From Marsupella aquatica (lineage: Eukaryota > Plantae > Marchantiophyta), in the NCBI GenBank assembly GCA_973895155.1, contig OZ316891.1:2471324-2535323 (forward strand): a stretch of 64,000 nt of DNA, written 5' to 3'. Every line of letters starts with the position of its first letter. Position 1 is the first letter of the stretch. The notes beneath the pieces were generated by a model. It was given only the letters and a program-made list of their open reading frames with translations, was not told the origin of the DNA and searched no databases. This document shows positions 26,582 through 40,500 of the stretch, one piece after another. The position numbers were made by a program, and so were the translations under genes.

Positions 26582-26708
26582 GGAAACAGTGGTTCTCTCG
26601 CTCACTCCACCTTGTATGTTGGAGGTACATTTGTACCCCAAATAAACAAGCAAAACCATCTCCAGGAACAACATACAAGGTGGAGTGAGCGAGAGAACCA
26701 CTGTTTCC
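26582..26708. repeat. Perfect 40-bp inverted repeat with 47-nt spacer (hairpin)
   Basis: ggaaacagtggttctctcgctcactccaccttgtatgttg (26582-26621) is the exact reverse complement of 26669-26708. Confidence 0.95.
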
Positions 26709-29700
26709 AGGGAAGACAGCTGGCAACCCTGCCCAGGACAGGCAGCGGATGCAAGTCCAGGGCAAGGGAAGTGGATAGCAAGCAAAGCATATAGAACGAT
26801 CAGTTGCTAATAGGGCTATACCACATTAGTGCCAGTCAGTGGATAGCAAGTAAGCAAGTATAGCCCTACAGGAACAGAGGTGGACCTGTTCAATTCGGGT
26901 GTGAATGAATTTTCCAAAGTAGTGGTTCGAATTTGATTACAACCCCACTCTGATTACTGCCCCCCCCCCCCCCCCCACTCTCTTTTCCTCCACTTGGGCC
27001 CGATTTATTGATAGTTTGATACCTTCACTAAAACATCGCCTCTTGTCAACATATTCATGCATTGGGCCACTTGGGCCTACTACTCTACGGTAGGCATGTG
27101 AGACACGAAGTACTTGTGGCCACAGGCAAGTCATGTTGGTTGATGGTTGACAACGAATGTTACAACGCGAGAGCTTGAAATAAAATAATAGTAAGTAGAA
27201 TGTGACCGAGGTGGAGGATCCAATCCATGCATGCACCTTGCCCACTTCGCTGAGTGGCATTGAGGCGCCCACCACACAGTCATAAATAAATACAGATGTG
27301 AGATACCAAAAACAGCAAAAATGGACCACGTTACTGTGAGCAGGGCAAAGTAAGTTGACAAGCATTTACTCTCAACATTGGGATTCAAATTACACGCGTT
27401 AAATAATTTTACTTTCATTTGATAATAATTCAAAATTTACACATTCCATTGTAATTGGCCCACAGAACGTAAAGTCACATACCCACGCCAGGACAGAAAT
27501 ATCTCAAAATACTCAGGGTCAGGAGAAATAACTGCTGCCGTGTTCGAGAATAAAAGATACCAAAGACTTTATTCTTTGGTGAGACCAAAATAATAGGGGT
27601 CAAAACTCAAAAGAGTGCAATTTCTCTGATTCGTTCCATCCTCCGGACATTATTGTCACGGCAAAAAGGAGTTAAATTGTAGATAATTAAACGGTGCAGA
27701 GCTTTTGGGGATGGAGGAGGAGACCTGGTTGCTTCCCTGCTGGCTGCTACGACGGCGAGCGGACAGGTCCGTCAGGTCAGGCCGAGTCAGTCAATGGTTG
27801 GTGGGGGTGCCATGGGAGACGAGGGAGGCATCCTTCCCGGTATACCGGCCGCTGTGCAAACCCGGCGGAGCCAGGCCGGAGAGCGGGCCGCCGTGCTGGC
27901 CAGCCAGCCTGCCTGCCCTCTGGCCGCTTCTCACTCATTGTTTTTAGTAGTCGAAATAAATGAAAGATCCGCTCTGAGTGAAGGCAGACGAAGGACGGGA
28001 TCCCGTTCCTTTTCCTTCCACCCCAGGACATGAGGACAGAGAGGTGAAAGGCGGTGAAGAAAAAGTTCATATCATGTCAATCACGGGTTCAAACACAGCC
28101 CGGTCCGGTCCGGTCCGGTCTGCAAGTGGTCCGAAACAGGAGTGGTGCGCAGGGTCTCTGGCAGAGTCCTCTCGTGAGAGTCGAAAGAAAGGACGAACGA
28201 ACTTGTGCCGGGGGTCGCCCCCTTCTTCGGGTCACTTTCGCTCCTTTCCCGGACCTTCCAATGCTGGCCTGCCGTTGGATGGGGCGGTCTCGCCCGTGGC
28301 GCCCTGTTGCTGTTGACGTGGGAGGGGGTTTCATGGAGAGGAGGGTGAGGAATGGGGAGTGGTCCAGTGCCTTGATGCTCTCTTTGCAACGCCCCCTCGT
28401 CGGTCGGGACGCCATTGTCCAGTCCCTGGGCTCGGAGTTTGATTCGTCGTCCTACGCAGGTCCGCTCGATAGGACGGGGCGGTCCAACGAGGTGCAGAGG
28501 CTGTTGCGCGGCCTATCGACGAGGAATGACCGCTTTTCCGCTGCGCTTTCCGCACTAGTAGCAGAGTAGCAGTGGTGTAGTGTGTAGACCGAGTGTCGCT
28601 CGTTGTTGCTGCTGGTCGTCGTGTTTAGTGTGTCGTCGCCGTTCGTCGCTCGGTGTGTTGCCCTTCTGCTCCTCCTCGATCTCCGCGCAGGGTGGGGGAG
28701 GGGAGAGGGGGAGGGGGGATTTCTTCGATCCTGCCTCGTTTGCAGCAGATAGATACCTTCTAGACGTGGCAAGCGGGTTACGTTACCTTACCTTCTTCGA
28801 AATCTACAGTAAACGGGAAAGCCGTGTGGTGGATTGTTGCTGCGGTGTGGCGTTAGTGGTGTGAGAAAGAGCTGTGGTGCCATTTCGGGAAGTGGTGGCT
28901 CTGGCTTGTGCATCGGTTTCTTCTTGAGACAGATATGCGCAGCGTGCCCGCGTCGTCGCCAAGGCTGCCCTGATCACGCTCTGCTGTGGACTACGAGTAA
29001 CTTTAGTCAGGAGGTTCGTTTGTGGAGTGGAGATAGGAGGAGGAGGAAGAGGAGGAAGAGATCGGTCGGTCGGTTGCTCGCTGGTGGCCGGCCTGCGTCT
29101 GGAGTTCCCTTCAGACACATCGGTACGCTGTCCGGGTGAAGAAGGTTCGTAGCTTCTTTCTGGGGAGACGAGTTAGAAAAGAACGTTCTGGCAGCGGGCG
29201 AGGCGAGGGTTGGCTTTTGGAGGGGAGAGACTGGGGTATTTGTGAAAGCAGAACGCACAGAGGCGCCGATTTCGTGTAGTGATTTCGGACAGCGACAGCA
29301 AAGCGGGTCTATGCGTGGTTGTCTGATACCAAGGCGCACACCTGATTGACGGACTGAAGTTTTTGCATGTGCTCAGATTAAGAGGTCTGGTGTCCTCTGC
29401 TGGCGGGGTTGTTGATAGTTTAGAGACGCAGAAGTACTGATTCTGAAGGCCTGGAGAAGCCGAATAGAGATTGATCTGGCCTTTTCGGAGGTCTGCTAGG
29501 TACTGGAGGCCACTAGAGCCGGTACGCTCCTCGCCGTATGAGATATATTCGGGTTGTTCGATTCGTTGTCGTGTTTCGGTCGATGAATGGAGTCCTTCCG
29601 GTGGTGCTAGAGTCTCGTCTTGTGCCGAATCGGCCGGTCTTTCTTGTTGTTTGTGCCGCTTCTGTGTGCTTCGCACTTGGTTGGACAGGAAGAATTATGG

Positions 29701-30177
29701 ATTTCCGCTTATGGCTTGTCGTCTGTGGTGAGAGGTCGATGATCACGGCTGCTTTGTGAAGTCTTGGCTTACTGTATCAATTATGCTTGGCCGGCGTTGT
29801 GCGGCCTGGTCACAATTGTGTCATGGTACTTTCGAGAGTCTGTATGTGCCTGTAGGTTTGTGCATGCAGTGAACGACGTGGTGCCGCCCTGCTTCCAGAT
29901 CTTTGTTTTAATGGCTTCGTCGGAGCGATATCATCCTCTGTTTTCAGCAAGAGTCTGATCCTGTACACCGTTTGCTGTGATCTTGACAGCGAGAAGCATC
30001 TTTCCAGGGCTTTCTAAGGAGCCATATCGTTGCGCGTTTGGAATCAGGGTCCTGTCTGGTCGACTGCGATCTTGACAGAGGCGTTATTAGTTGGTTTGGC
30101 TTCTTAAGAAGCAGTGACCGCGGATTCCGGTTTTCAATTACCGGTGTGTCTCGTGTGTTCTCACAAGGTTTCCATAC

Positions 30178-30735
30178 ATGGCTCAGGAGAGCTGGAAGAG
30201 AGATAAGGAAGAAACAGGATGTCAGCCCCCGGAAGGTCCGGTACTTTGCACGAACGGCTGTGGCTTCTTCGGAAGTTTCGCGACTATGAATCTTTGCTCG
30301 AAGTGCTACACCGATCTTGTGTTAAAGCAGGCGAAAGCGACATCAGCGAAAGTAGCAGCCGAGAAAGTCTCTCTTACAACACCCAGCCTTAAAAGCGATC
30401 CTTCTGCCGATGTAACCGACCAGTCTGTTATAAGACTTACTCAGGTCGAGAGCCTTGCGGGTTCCTCTTCTGCTAGCGAATCATCTAACATAGGACAAGC
30501 TTCATCGACGGGGGCCAGCCAGCCCGTGCAACCACCCCCTCCCAACCGCTGTTTCTCGTGCAAGAAGCGGGTTGGATTGACGGGCTTCAAGTGCCGATGT
30601 GGGAATACTTTCTGTTCTCTCCACCGATACTCTGATAAGCATACTTGCTCTTATGATTACAAGTCGGCTGGTCGCGACGCCATAGCTCAGGCAAATCCTG
30701 TAGTGAAAGCTGCCAAGGTACAAAATAAGATCTAA
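30178..30735 (+). CDS. A20/AN1 zinc-finger stress-associated protein (SAP), 185 aa, intronless CDS
   Basis: A20 finger LCTNGCGFFGSFATMNLCSKCY and AN1 finger RCFSCKKRVGLTGFKCRCGNTFCSLHRYSDKHTCSYDYK...IAQANPVVKA. Confidence 0.97.
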   Translation: MAQESWKRDKEETGCQPPEGPVLCTNGCGFFGSFATMNLCSKCYTDLVLKQAKATSAKVAAEKVSLTTPSLKSDPSADVTDQSVIRLTQVESLAGSSSASESSNIGQASSTGASQPVQPPPPNRCFSCKKRVGLTGFKCRCGNTFCSLHRYSDKHTCSYDYKSAGRDAIAQANPVVKAAKVQNKI

Positions 30736-32289
30736 ATTCTATGAGGGCCTAAATTTGATAATCGTCCTCGACCTCGAAAGGTGCCTGATTATTGTTGCCC
30801 ACCTTGAGATCCCTGACGATCAGGCGGGGTAACTCGAACAGGTTATCTATTGCGTCAAGGTGGTTTGCTCTCTGGGCAGCTTCGTACGTCTGTTAGCACC
30901 TGGGCAACTTGTCCTCCTGGGAAATATCGAGTCGCCTCACTATTGATCATACGGGGTGTTCCTCATACTCTACACAAGTCGACATCAAACGGAGTTTGAG
31001 ATGGGGGTTGGTTCGCTCTTCTCTCATGGAGAGGATACATGTACTGTGAAGTGGTGCTCTTCGAAAAAGGTTTTTTACTCGGATTTTGTCCCGAGGTTAA
31101 CTATGATCGTGGAGCATAGACTTGAAAATTGGCCATATGGTCGTAGGTTCCGTTTCTCTTGGGACGGATGGGAACTTTAGCTCAGCTTTGTATTTATTTG
31201 AAGCCATTTTGCTTTTCCTACAACACATTGATTGGATGATTAGTGCTACCGGATCATTCACGCGAATGGGAAACACAACTCTGTATTCTTACGTAGATCT
31301 CTTGCAGTGTTACGGACACAATTAAAGAAAGGGTGAATGTTCCGATCATTCCTCTCAAATATTGCAGCTGAGATTTGTATTTTTTGTGAATTGACCTAGC
31401 GTCTTATAAACCTTAGTGACTGTATTGTCAGAGGGTCCCGTCTGATCGCATGTAAATGTCGCATGGTTTCTCCTCGTTGTCGTGATTTTGCAGCTCATGA
31501 GAGCGGATGCCCGTAAATTCCTCCAGATACACGGTATGGATTGTCAATTATGTGATTGCTCTGTGAACACTTCTGTAGCTGAAGTTGTATTCTGTTAGTT
31601 TTCATAATGAGCATACCTGTCTCTGAGCGATGAACGGGCCCCTTCATTCGTAATCGGAGGGGGAAGCTATAATGATTTAGAAGTTAAACCCAGTCAGTAA
31701 CGGACCTATCATTTGGGACTGGAGCAGTGCCATTCCTGGCATAGAATTGTCTTTTATAGGACGGGATTTGGACAGAAATTAGCCCGCTACGGTGATAAAA
31801 GGAATTGCGTTCTTGACACGAGGCACTGCCAGTATTGCTCACACTTACTACTCTTGGGAAATTGAAACAATTTAATAATGCACGAGAAAGACAAAAGACG
31901 CGGAAGTACCACGGAGTCGTTGAATCGGAATGTTAAACAGCTGTACGTAAAGGAAAGGGAAAAGCAATTAGTTCACCTTCATTTAAAGCTCAGAAGCACA
32001 CCAGTAAAGCGGAAGTAGACCGTGAAATCCGGAGTGGAGACTATCGTGGTCACTCCAAACCTGTGACGCGCGAAGTCGAAGGTTCTGAACGGAAACTGCC
32101 AAGGGAAAAGTATAGTTACGATGGATCTCCAAACGCCACGATCTGCTGGAAGAGGATGGCGAAATGTCACACGAGCAACTCACCTTTGGAAATATGTAAC
32201 TCTCAATTCTAAACGAAAGAGGGATACCAAACTTGTTTGAAAGATTTTTTGACGCCAAGATCAGCTGTCTGTCACTGACCAAGGGATGA

Positions 32290-32735
32290 ATTGAAGGTTT
32301 AATATGCTCTCATTAAAAACATATGGAAGGAGGAAAAGTGTATGATGAACCCAAGGAGGGAGAAATAGAAGGTTGGAACATTAAAAACTATTGGAAGCAG
32401 TGTATGATGCACCGAAGTACCAATATCAACGGAGAAATAGAAGGTTGGAACATTAAAAACTATTGGAAGCAAGGAAAAGTGTATAATGAACCCAAGAATA
32501 ACATGTTTCGCTCCATTTCAAAGGAGAAAAGAGAAATCACACTTTGCTATAAAACTTCAGAAGCTGGTTGAGTGTGAGCAAAACACAATGTAAAGGGTGT
32601 GGTTACATCAGGATGAGGATTGTATGCTTCACAAGCCTAGTCCATTTGCGGTACATGAGGATTGTATGGTTCACATGCCCAATCCATTTGCGGGTACATG
32701 AGGATTGTATGGTTAGTAAGCCAAGTCCATTCAGG
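32290..32735. repeat. Cluster of short tandem duplications
   Basis: 41-bp ggagaaatagaaggttggaacattaaaaactattggaagca at 32359 and 32431; a ~43-bp unit (atgaggattgtatg...tccatt) three times in 32605-32735. Confidence 0.85.
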
Positions 32736-32924
32736 CATAAGATTTCATGAGGAAGTCACCAGTAGGTTTGGAGCCATACACAAAAATAAAAACGAGCTAA
32801 AGATTATTAGCTGAATTCTTTTTGAGCTATTAATAAAATCAAACTGCAAATCCATAAAAAGGGGGTTGTGTCATTTGACTCTTTATTGCTAATCTGTGTC
32901 TCAACAGTAGCGGACAAGCATTGC

Positions 32925-33535
32925 AAACTATTTCTATTTCCAACGTTCCAATGTCATCCTCTATGATACTTAAACCACAGGTGCATTGTAACAAGCTATG
33001 GGGTACCCATAGCTCTCATTATGAAGTGTACTGGGCAGAGACGAGTAGTGAGGGAAGCAATGGGCTTTTATAATGGGCAGGTGTGGTTTAAGACTATTCT
33101 ATAGATGTTATGTGAGAATCTGTTACTGTAACTGCAAAGAGTGACTTGCTCAGACACTGGGCAGAGACCAGTGGATGAATAGTAATTGTCAAGAAAGTGC
33201 AACAATGTTTTGGCAAATTTTCATAAAGTCTGTCTTGGGTCATTCGAGTATAAACTTTAGTTTCTATTTCCACCTTTGCAATGCCATCGTCTCTGATAGT
33301 TAAGACTACTCTATATATGTTCTGTCTTTAGTTTGTATTTCCAACTTTGCAATGCCATCGTCTCTGATACTTAAGACTAATCTATATATGATATGTGAGG
33401 GCAAGAGAATTTGTTAATGTAACTTGCAAACAGGGACTTACTCACACACTGGGTGGAGACCAACTGAGGAATTTGAATCGTCACACATGCAATAATGTTC
33501 TGGCAGATCTTATCAAGTGGGTCTTGGTTTTAAGT
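32925..33535. repeat. Patchwork tandem duplication
   Basis: tatttcca...caatg(c/t)catc..ct.tgata.ttaa at ~32935, 33265 and 33336; ttaagacta...atgtgag...cactggg...gagacca at ~33088 and 33371. Confidence 0.75.
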
Positions 33536-34569
33536 ATATGTTGTGAATAATCTAGACCGAACGAGACCTCCTACTCTACAAGTGCCTCATCCTAACCTCT
33601 TTAACAGAGCTATTATCATGCACGGGATTATAGCTCTAATGGAAAGAAAGACTTACCTGGCAACGCCCTACCCGTAAATCCTGAACCAGTCAGCCCCTAA
33701 CTTACTCATAATTTATTTGTAAACGATTGACAAAGTAGTTGAACATAGGGCGCATTTTTACTTCCAGAAAAATTACAGATTGCAGCACCGAAGCTAGCAG
33801 AAACACCCGTACAAGTTACATACATACACCTAGTAGTGGGTAAGAAGTCAGGCAGGTAAGTGGACTGCAAGTAAGAGGTAGATTCCACCAAAGCTAGTAG
33901 AAACACTGTACAGGATATATATTTGTCAAATAGATTGCACCGGTTACATACAAACCCCAGCAAGAGGGCAAGGGCTCAGATCAGGAAGTAGTCGACAAAG
34001 GAAGGTAGATGAGCACCAGAATACAGACACCATGATGCGCAATTCCGTCCAGAGACATTTTCACTCTGAGACAGAAACAGAAAATCAATAACCGATATGG
34101 AAACATATACTCACCGGCCAAAAGGCGGGATTCTCCTATTATTTCTTAAATCAGCTCACACGAGCAAGATGCTTACTTCAATAGGCTGGTCAATGGTATC
34201 CTTTCCCACGGCAATTGTGGATTTTCATTTATGCCGTGTGAAATGTGAGATTGAGTGAGGTTATCCTATGTAGTCACTATATACATATTTACAACCCCTT
34301 GAGAGACACCTCAGGCAAAACTTTGAGATTGATTGTTCCTAGGGCTTCGATTCAAAATTGAAGTCAGTCCCTCATGTCGTGAACACAGAGGATGTTGCTC
34401 GTTCGATTGCCTGAGCTCAGAGGATGTCATGGGAAAGAACGAATCCTGACTGACCGCACTGCGGTTCCGTTGCAGACTTTTATAAAAAGAAACACTATTG
34501 ATAACTCATTCAAAAGAAGACTCCCAAGAGGGATGATGAGAGGACAATTTCTGCAATTATGCCCCGATT

Positions 34570-37500
34570 TCACCAGCAGTTGACCTTTTTCTGCACCACC
34601 AACATAAGGTTTGTCAGTAATATTATTTCCCTTCTACTGTAGGAGAAGTATACACAATAGATTTTCTGTAAGTCTTAACACCACTCTTAAGACGTGAAGG
34701 ATGACCTACTTTGATACGCTACCATAGAAGTTTCAAGATCATGACAGGATGTCTATCAGGATCAGAACACGAAGAGAAGACTCGACCACCCCGCTGTTGA
34801 AGAAAGGATTTAGGGCAGCAAAGGGATCCAAACTACCAACTACTGGACAGCACCTTCTAGAATCCAAAAGCCCCCAGGAATTGGACAATGGGCTTCCAAG
34901 CATTTAAGAATTGAAGTGCGGAGGAACAGTAGCATCCCAGCAGATGTTCTCACCCTCACGTGTACATATAATTAAGTGCAAAAACCATGACGAATTGCTA
35001 ACTCCACGAAGAACCATCTATTCAGCGGCATGCATCCAGAATTAAATAGAGACAACAAATTGTGGCTTACCGCCCATTTCGTCTCTTTCATACGTTCCAA
35101 TAACTGGCACAATTCTTCCTGTTTTGATAACACGGACCGCAAAACCTGGAAACCCACAAATTTGTTATGAGCATTTGAATTACTATAATCAACTGCCGAG
35201 CGCGCTCGTGGATTACCACAAATCCTCTAGATTGATTCAGAGCTCATCTTGCATTGGAGGTAAAGATATTCTCCTGTGATTATGGGTTCATTAGGAACCT
35301 TACCATTTTACAACATATCAACCTTCAATTCTAAATTATCTACGTTGTAAGACGTTGCAAAGATTCATGCCACTCACCTTTTTTGTCTCTGCCAATTCAT
35401 CCTCGAGGTATTTGATTCTCTTTCCAGCAGGATCTGGACTAGTGGCCATTGGTGGACCGAGCTCCGTTGTTTTGGCTAACTTACCGACCTCTGACTCCAA
35501 TTTCTCAACACGATTTTGAATCGATACACCAGGCAGCTCTACACTACTAGGAGGACGACTCAACGGTTTCGTAGGGAAAGGCTTGCTCCCAAGTGTATCC
35601 TGTTCATCTTTTGAGCTGAACTCCTCATCACTCTCGTCTGCCCATAGGAAGCTCTCAGTAATTCGATAGGGATAAGTAACGATGCTTAGAATGAAACCTA
35701 GGAATATTGATATGTACTGCACAATCTGTAAAGAAAATGTTCGCCGACCCTGATCGTCGCGAGCACTGCCTGCAAAAGATTCCACCGTAAAGCAGATTTA
35801 AATTTGACCACAAATTATGTTTCCACAAGACAATGGCATCTTAAGAACCAAACATTGTACCACCTAATGAAATCCCAAGTAGGGACAACCGCTCACTCTA
35901 TATCCTCTTCCATAGCCATTTTAGCCAGCGATCGTTGGACAGACCCAGGACTAGGGACTAGACTAACAATATAACAAGACCAAAAATCACCAAGCTAATT
36001 CTCCAAGCACAGATAGGGTAAATAAAACATTTTAAATGTTAACCAAACGATAGACGAGATTCGGAGACTATAATACATCACACAAGCAACCCAAATCGAG
36101 ATTTCGGACGAATGCTGCAACCATTCCGTTGAGACTTTTCAGAAGTCCTCTCCAATCAAATTTAAGTTACAGACAGCTTCAGGAAAAAAGAATGTCTTAC
36201 CAGTAAAATAGTTTGAAACATCTGGGGATCTTCGAATGGAAACTCGATTTCCAATTCTGTCCACAACCTTATCTACCATAGGAATATTCTCTGCACCACC
36301 TCCGTTCTGCATTCAGGCCAAGTTCATCGGGCAATATTTAGATCCACCTTCCATATTCACCTGCAGGAAGCTTTGCATGGCTTTTATAATATCTAGGGCA
36401 TCTCGTTTGGTGCCCATAACACCACTCTGTTGGTGAATATGAATTTCTTGACCACTAAGACCTCAAACATAGTGAAACTCTCCAACATGATAAGCGCCAG
36501 AAGTAAAACTTCGCAGTGTTTGTTCCTACAGCACTGTGTAGATAGTGCATTCCACACCTAAACAGTGTCCCTGGAGCCATTATAACTACCTTCAATGCAT
36601 GCAGCAATTGACCACATATCCCAGCTCTACCGAGACGAAGAACGTTAATTTAAGCATCCGACCAGACCTTTCTCAAATCAGATTTTACAAGTCAAGCGAG
36701 AATCCCTTCTGGATAATTGACCAGAACAACGTCATCCTTCCCCTACTACGGTTCACTAAAGGAATAACCTTGCTATGGCTACTGTTAAGAATTATAAGCG
36801 ACATTGACAATCTCTCTTATAAAATATTTCAGTGTCCTACCCGGGCGAAGTATTCCATGTTTATGTGATAACCGTACTATATGTTATCATTCCGGCACTG
36901 CTCAAAGGGATATGTGTTTTCCCGCACAACTCCTAATAAGTCTTTGTCATTCTAGAACCCTGGTCATGGGAGAAAATATGCCTGTTATCCCATAGTGATG
37001 ATGCAGAAGACACTTTAGCACTATATAACAGCATTTAGTCACTGGTGACCAATTGATATCGATGGTCAGTATCGGTACTTCCAAGACGAAAACAGAGGAT
37101 AGAAGTGATGATAACAATCATAATATTGTCCCCTTCAAATGGAGCTTGATATCGTTCCGTGAAGTCCAACAGCCAACTCCTAAAGTAGTTTAAAGATAAA
37201 AGAATGATCTAAAGTAGAATACAATAATTAAAACATCTGTTCTTTTCACGTCGGACTTGAATAAGAGATTCCACAAACACGCGTGGACGGTGGTTTCTAA
37301 AACCAAAAAGAAGAAATCCTTGCCCGTATTCCAGATACCAATTAGGTGCAGTTAGAGGCGGTAAACATCAAGACTATTACTAGTTTAGACAGGTGAAACC
37401 ATATTGTACCCAACTCTACTTTTGAAATGCTAAGTTCTATGAAGTAACGTACTAAGATCGATGAGCTCAATCACATTTGAGAAGGACAGAATGGGGCCAA

Positions 37501-40500
37501 CAATTGAACCAAAGAAAAAAACGAACTTCACGGGAACCTTCCTCTATCTAAGGCAGCACCTCTTCATGTACAGGAGTCATCCTGTGCCTATCTGGTCGAC
37601 CGGCACCATGAGGTGTTGAGACATCCTCAAAATCTGAACCCGATTCGGCTGTGCTAGAGTCATAGCCCTGACTCAATACCAGGAATAGATCAGTTTATCA
37701 GTTTGCGGTCAGAATAAATTACACGTCTCAAGAAGCCACAAGAATAAACGAAAGACAAAACCCACACAATCTGAAAACATCACATATCGTCGCGAGTACA
37801 TAGCGAAAACGAGTGGACTGTGCACGTAAATATTCACCTTGGGGTGCTGCTGTGAATTGGATGATTCTTCTCCGTATGAAGTAGTTGGCGCCAGTTTTGG
37901 TAAAGACCTAGCATGACCTGCCCTAATAGCCTGCATCATATAGACAATCAAGAGTGAGAAGTGAAGTATATGAGCCAGTTTTACTCGTTTCAGAACAACC
38001 CCAATAATTCTGGAGACGATATCAGCAACTAAACTTCCCTTACTGACAGTTCCCTTACTGGACAGCTCATCCACGAATTACGAGTGGATACATCACTGAA
38101 ATACTCTGTATTGCAACAGTTACTTCACTGATGTTACGTATCAGAAAAGCTTCCGTGGATGCGTCTATACCTTCAAGATAGCAGGATCCTTCCACGGACC
38201 CTTGTCAGACCGCAAGCATCCACCTTCTTCAGCACAAGTACATGTTCCACCTAAAAACTCCGGGAGCTGGCTGCAATTTTAAACATACTTAGACTTCAAA
38301 CAGAGTTCAGCAATTCAACTTTTGGCAGTCATTCTTGTTGGACCTTGTTGACTCTGCTAACCAGATCTAAGAAACGTCCAGAAGTGACTTTTATTGCTTT
38401 TAGGAGAGAGGGCTCAACTACTTCCTCAATAAACCACTCGCATTGGGTCAGAATAAGCACAGCTTTAACGCACCTGGCATCAATTATTTCCAAAAGCTTG
38501 CTTTGATATTTATTACCTAGTACCTACAAACCCAGGCACCCGAAGTCAGAATCAAACTGTGCACAATAAGCAACAGACTGAGAAGATAGGAACCAATATA
38601 CAGACACAAGCCTATAGGAGGGATGATGTCACTCACATTTATCTTTGATGTGGTCTTGGGATCTAGGAAGGTTTTAATAGTGTTCCAGAGCAGCTTAAAA
38701 CCAGGACCAGCATTGATGATAAATAATCGGTGTAAAGTCTAAACAACCACAACAGGACAATCGGTCAGTGCCTTCAGAATGAGAACTTTCAACTCCTTCC
38801 GCAACAGAAACAAATAACCCAAGTGATTGTCGTGAGCACGTCACAGAGACTGGAAAGATGGGCATACATAGGTCTCTAACCTAAGATCGCTCCTCCCTCA
38901 CAAAGGCAGAGCTAATTATTGTGTCCAACGTCTCGGGGGTGAAGCCTTGAACGAGCTCTCTTACTAGCAACATCAATTGTTACCTCGGGATAGTTGTCAT
39001 TGTCGATCTTCTGTATACCAATAATGAGGTCCCTTGCCGATTTGCCAAAATTCTTCATACCCTGTAACATCAATTGCACGACATTGAGCTCCAAAGTTCT
39101 CGTTTGACGACATCGTCACGCAGTATTCGTAGATTGCACGTTCCATCAAGACCAGAGTACCTCGTTTCCAATTTCAGGGATTCGCATAGAATGAAAACAC
39201 CCAAACCACGTACGACAGCACTACTAGTCCTCTCAAAAGAAAACATACCACGCCTGCAACGTCCAAAATGGTCGTAGTGCTGTCTATGTGCTTTTTAGCA
39301 GCTAAAGAAGCCGCAGGGAACTTCCAATTCAGCGTCCTTTCGAACTCTAGAACGTGATACCTTAAATATCTCTCCAGAGTAGTGACCTGCATAAGTTTTA
39401 CTGCATCCACTTTCCCTAGCCTTTCAATGTAGATAGGTCGTCCATCCTTATCTAGACCGTGGTGCCCTTGTGGATAGAATGACCTTACGGCTTCTATTTC
39501 TTTATAATCATAGTCCTGCATTTGACCGACGGCGTACACAGAAAGCATGTTAGGCCATTGGCATCCTAATGAATTACATCGACATTTTTCTACCGGACAC
39601 CACCCCCAAACCCCACCCCCCGGCGGCCCATTTTTTCTGCGGCCCCACAGCCAACACCAAGCTTCGCACTGCTCTCGCAAACTGACCACAGTACAGGATG
39701 ACAAAGAAGCTATTTGGATCCTCCTTACCTCTTCTATGGTATCAGTACCGTAGTCCCTTCGCCATGCCAAGGTATTCTCCCACATCTCCTTCGCTTTCTC
39801 TCTGTCATATTTTCGAGCCCGCAAGAACCTGAAAACATTTACCAGGCCATCCAAAGTAAGACTCCTTATACTGTTAACCCGTCCGCGAACCTGGGACAGC
39901 TAATCGAAAACTGAGAAAGCAATCAGAGTAATACTACAACTGTTCATCATTGGCACAAGCATAGCTACGACCGGATTCCTTCCTGGTACGACCGCTTACT
40001 AGGTGCAACAGTCAGAAAAATGACTTCTATGTTTGTACCCAGACCATCGATTTACTTCGATCTAAAGGGCTGTAGTTTCCATATCAATGAAGCAACATAA
40101 ATCGACCTTGATGGCAGATTGTTTTAGTGCCGGGCTATTGTCATATGACGTCTAATTATACACGGCGTAGAAGCGTTCAACTACCAAACAAGAGGCCAAC
40201 GAAAGATCAATCGATCACATATTTATCAACGGTGCCCCAACCGAAAGCAAGAACCTGGACCTACTGAGCACAAATCGAAAATATGACGCATTCGGAATTA
40301 AGTTTTGTGGTTTTGGTAGTCTCCAGAATGTCTCATCGTTTCCCGATGCAAATGACCACAATAACCCACAACAAATCCAAATCAGGATTCAATCTCCAAC
40401 ACAGTATGGCCGCTATATATAGCAGCTGCTACGCACCGTAAAAGCAAGTGATAATCATCGTGCCGCGCTGGCAGCAAGTTTTCTGATAGCAGCAAATTCC

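Noticed and set aside
26364-26794. ORFs on both strands sharing the peptide GNSGSLAHSTLYV
   Set aside because: An artefact of the 40-bp inverted repeat rather than two genes.
27694-29759. Dense cluster of 70-170-aa ORFs on both strands
   Set aside because: GC-rich promoter/leader sequence with few stops; the translations are R/P/S/G-rich with no recognisable domain.
36307-36360. Alternative SFH acceptor at 36360
   Set aside because: It introduces an in-frame TGA; the acceptor at 36306 keeps the frame and the conserved IPMVDK motif.
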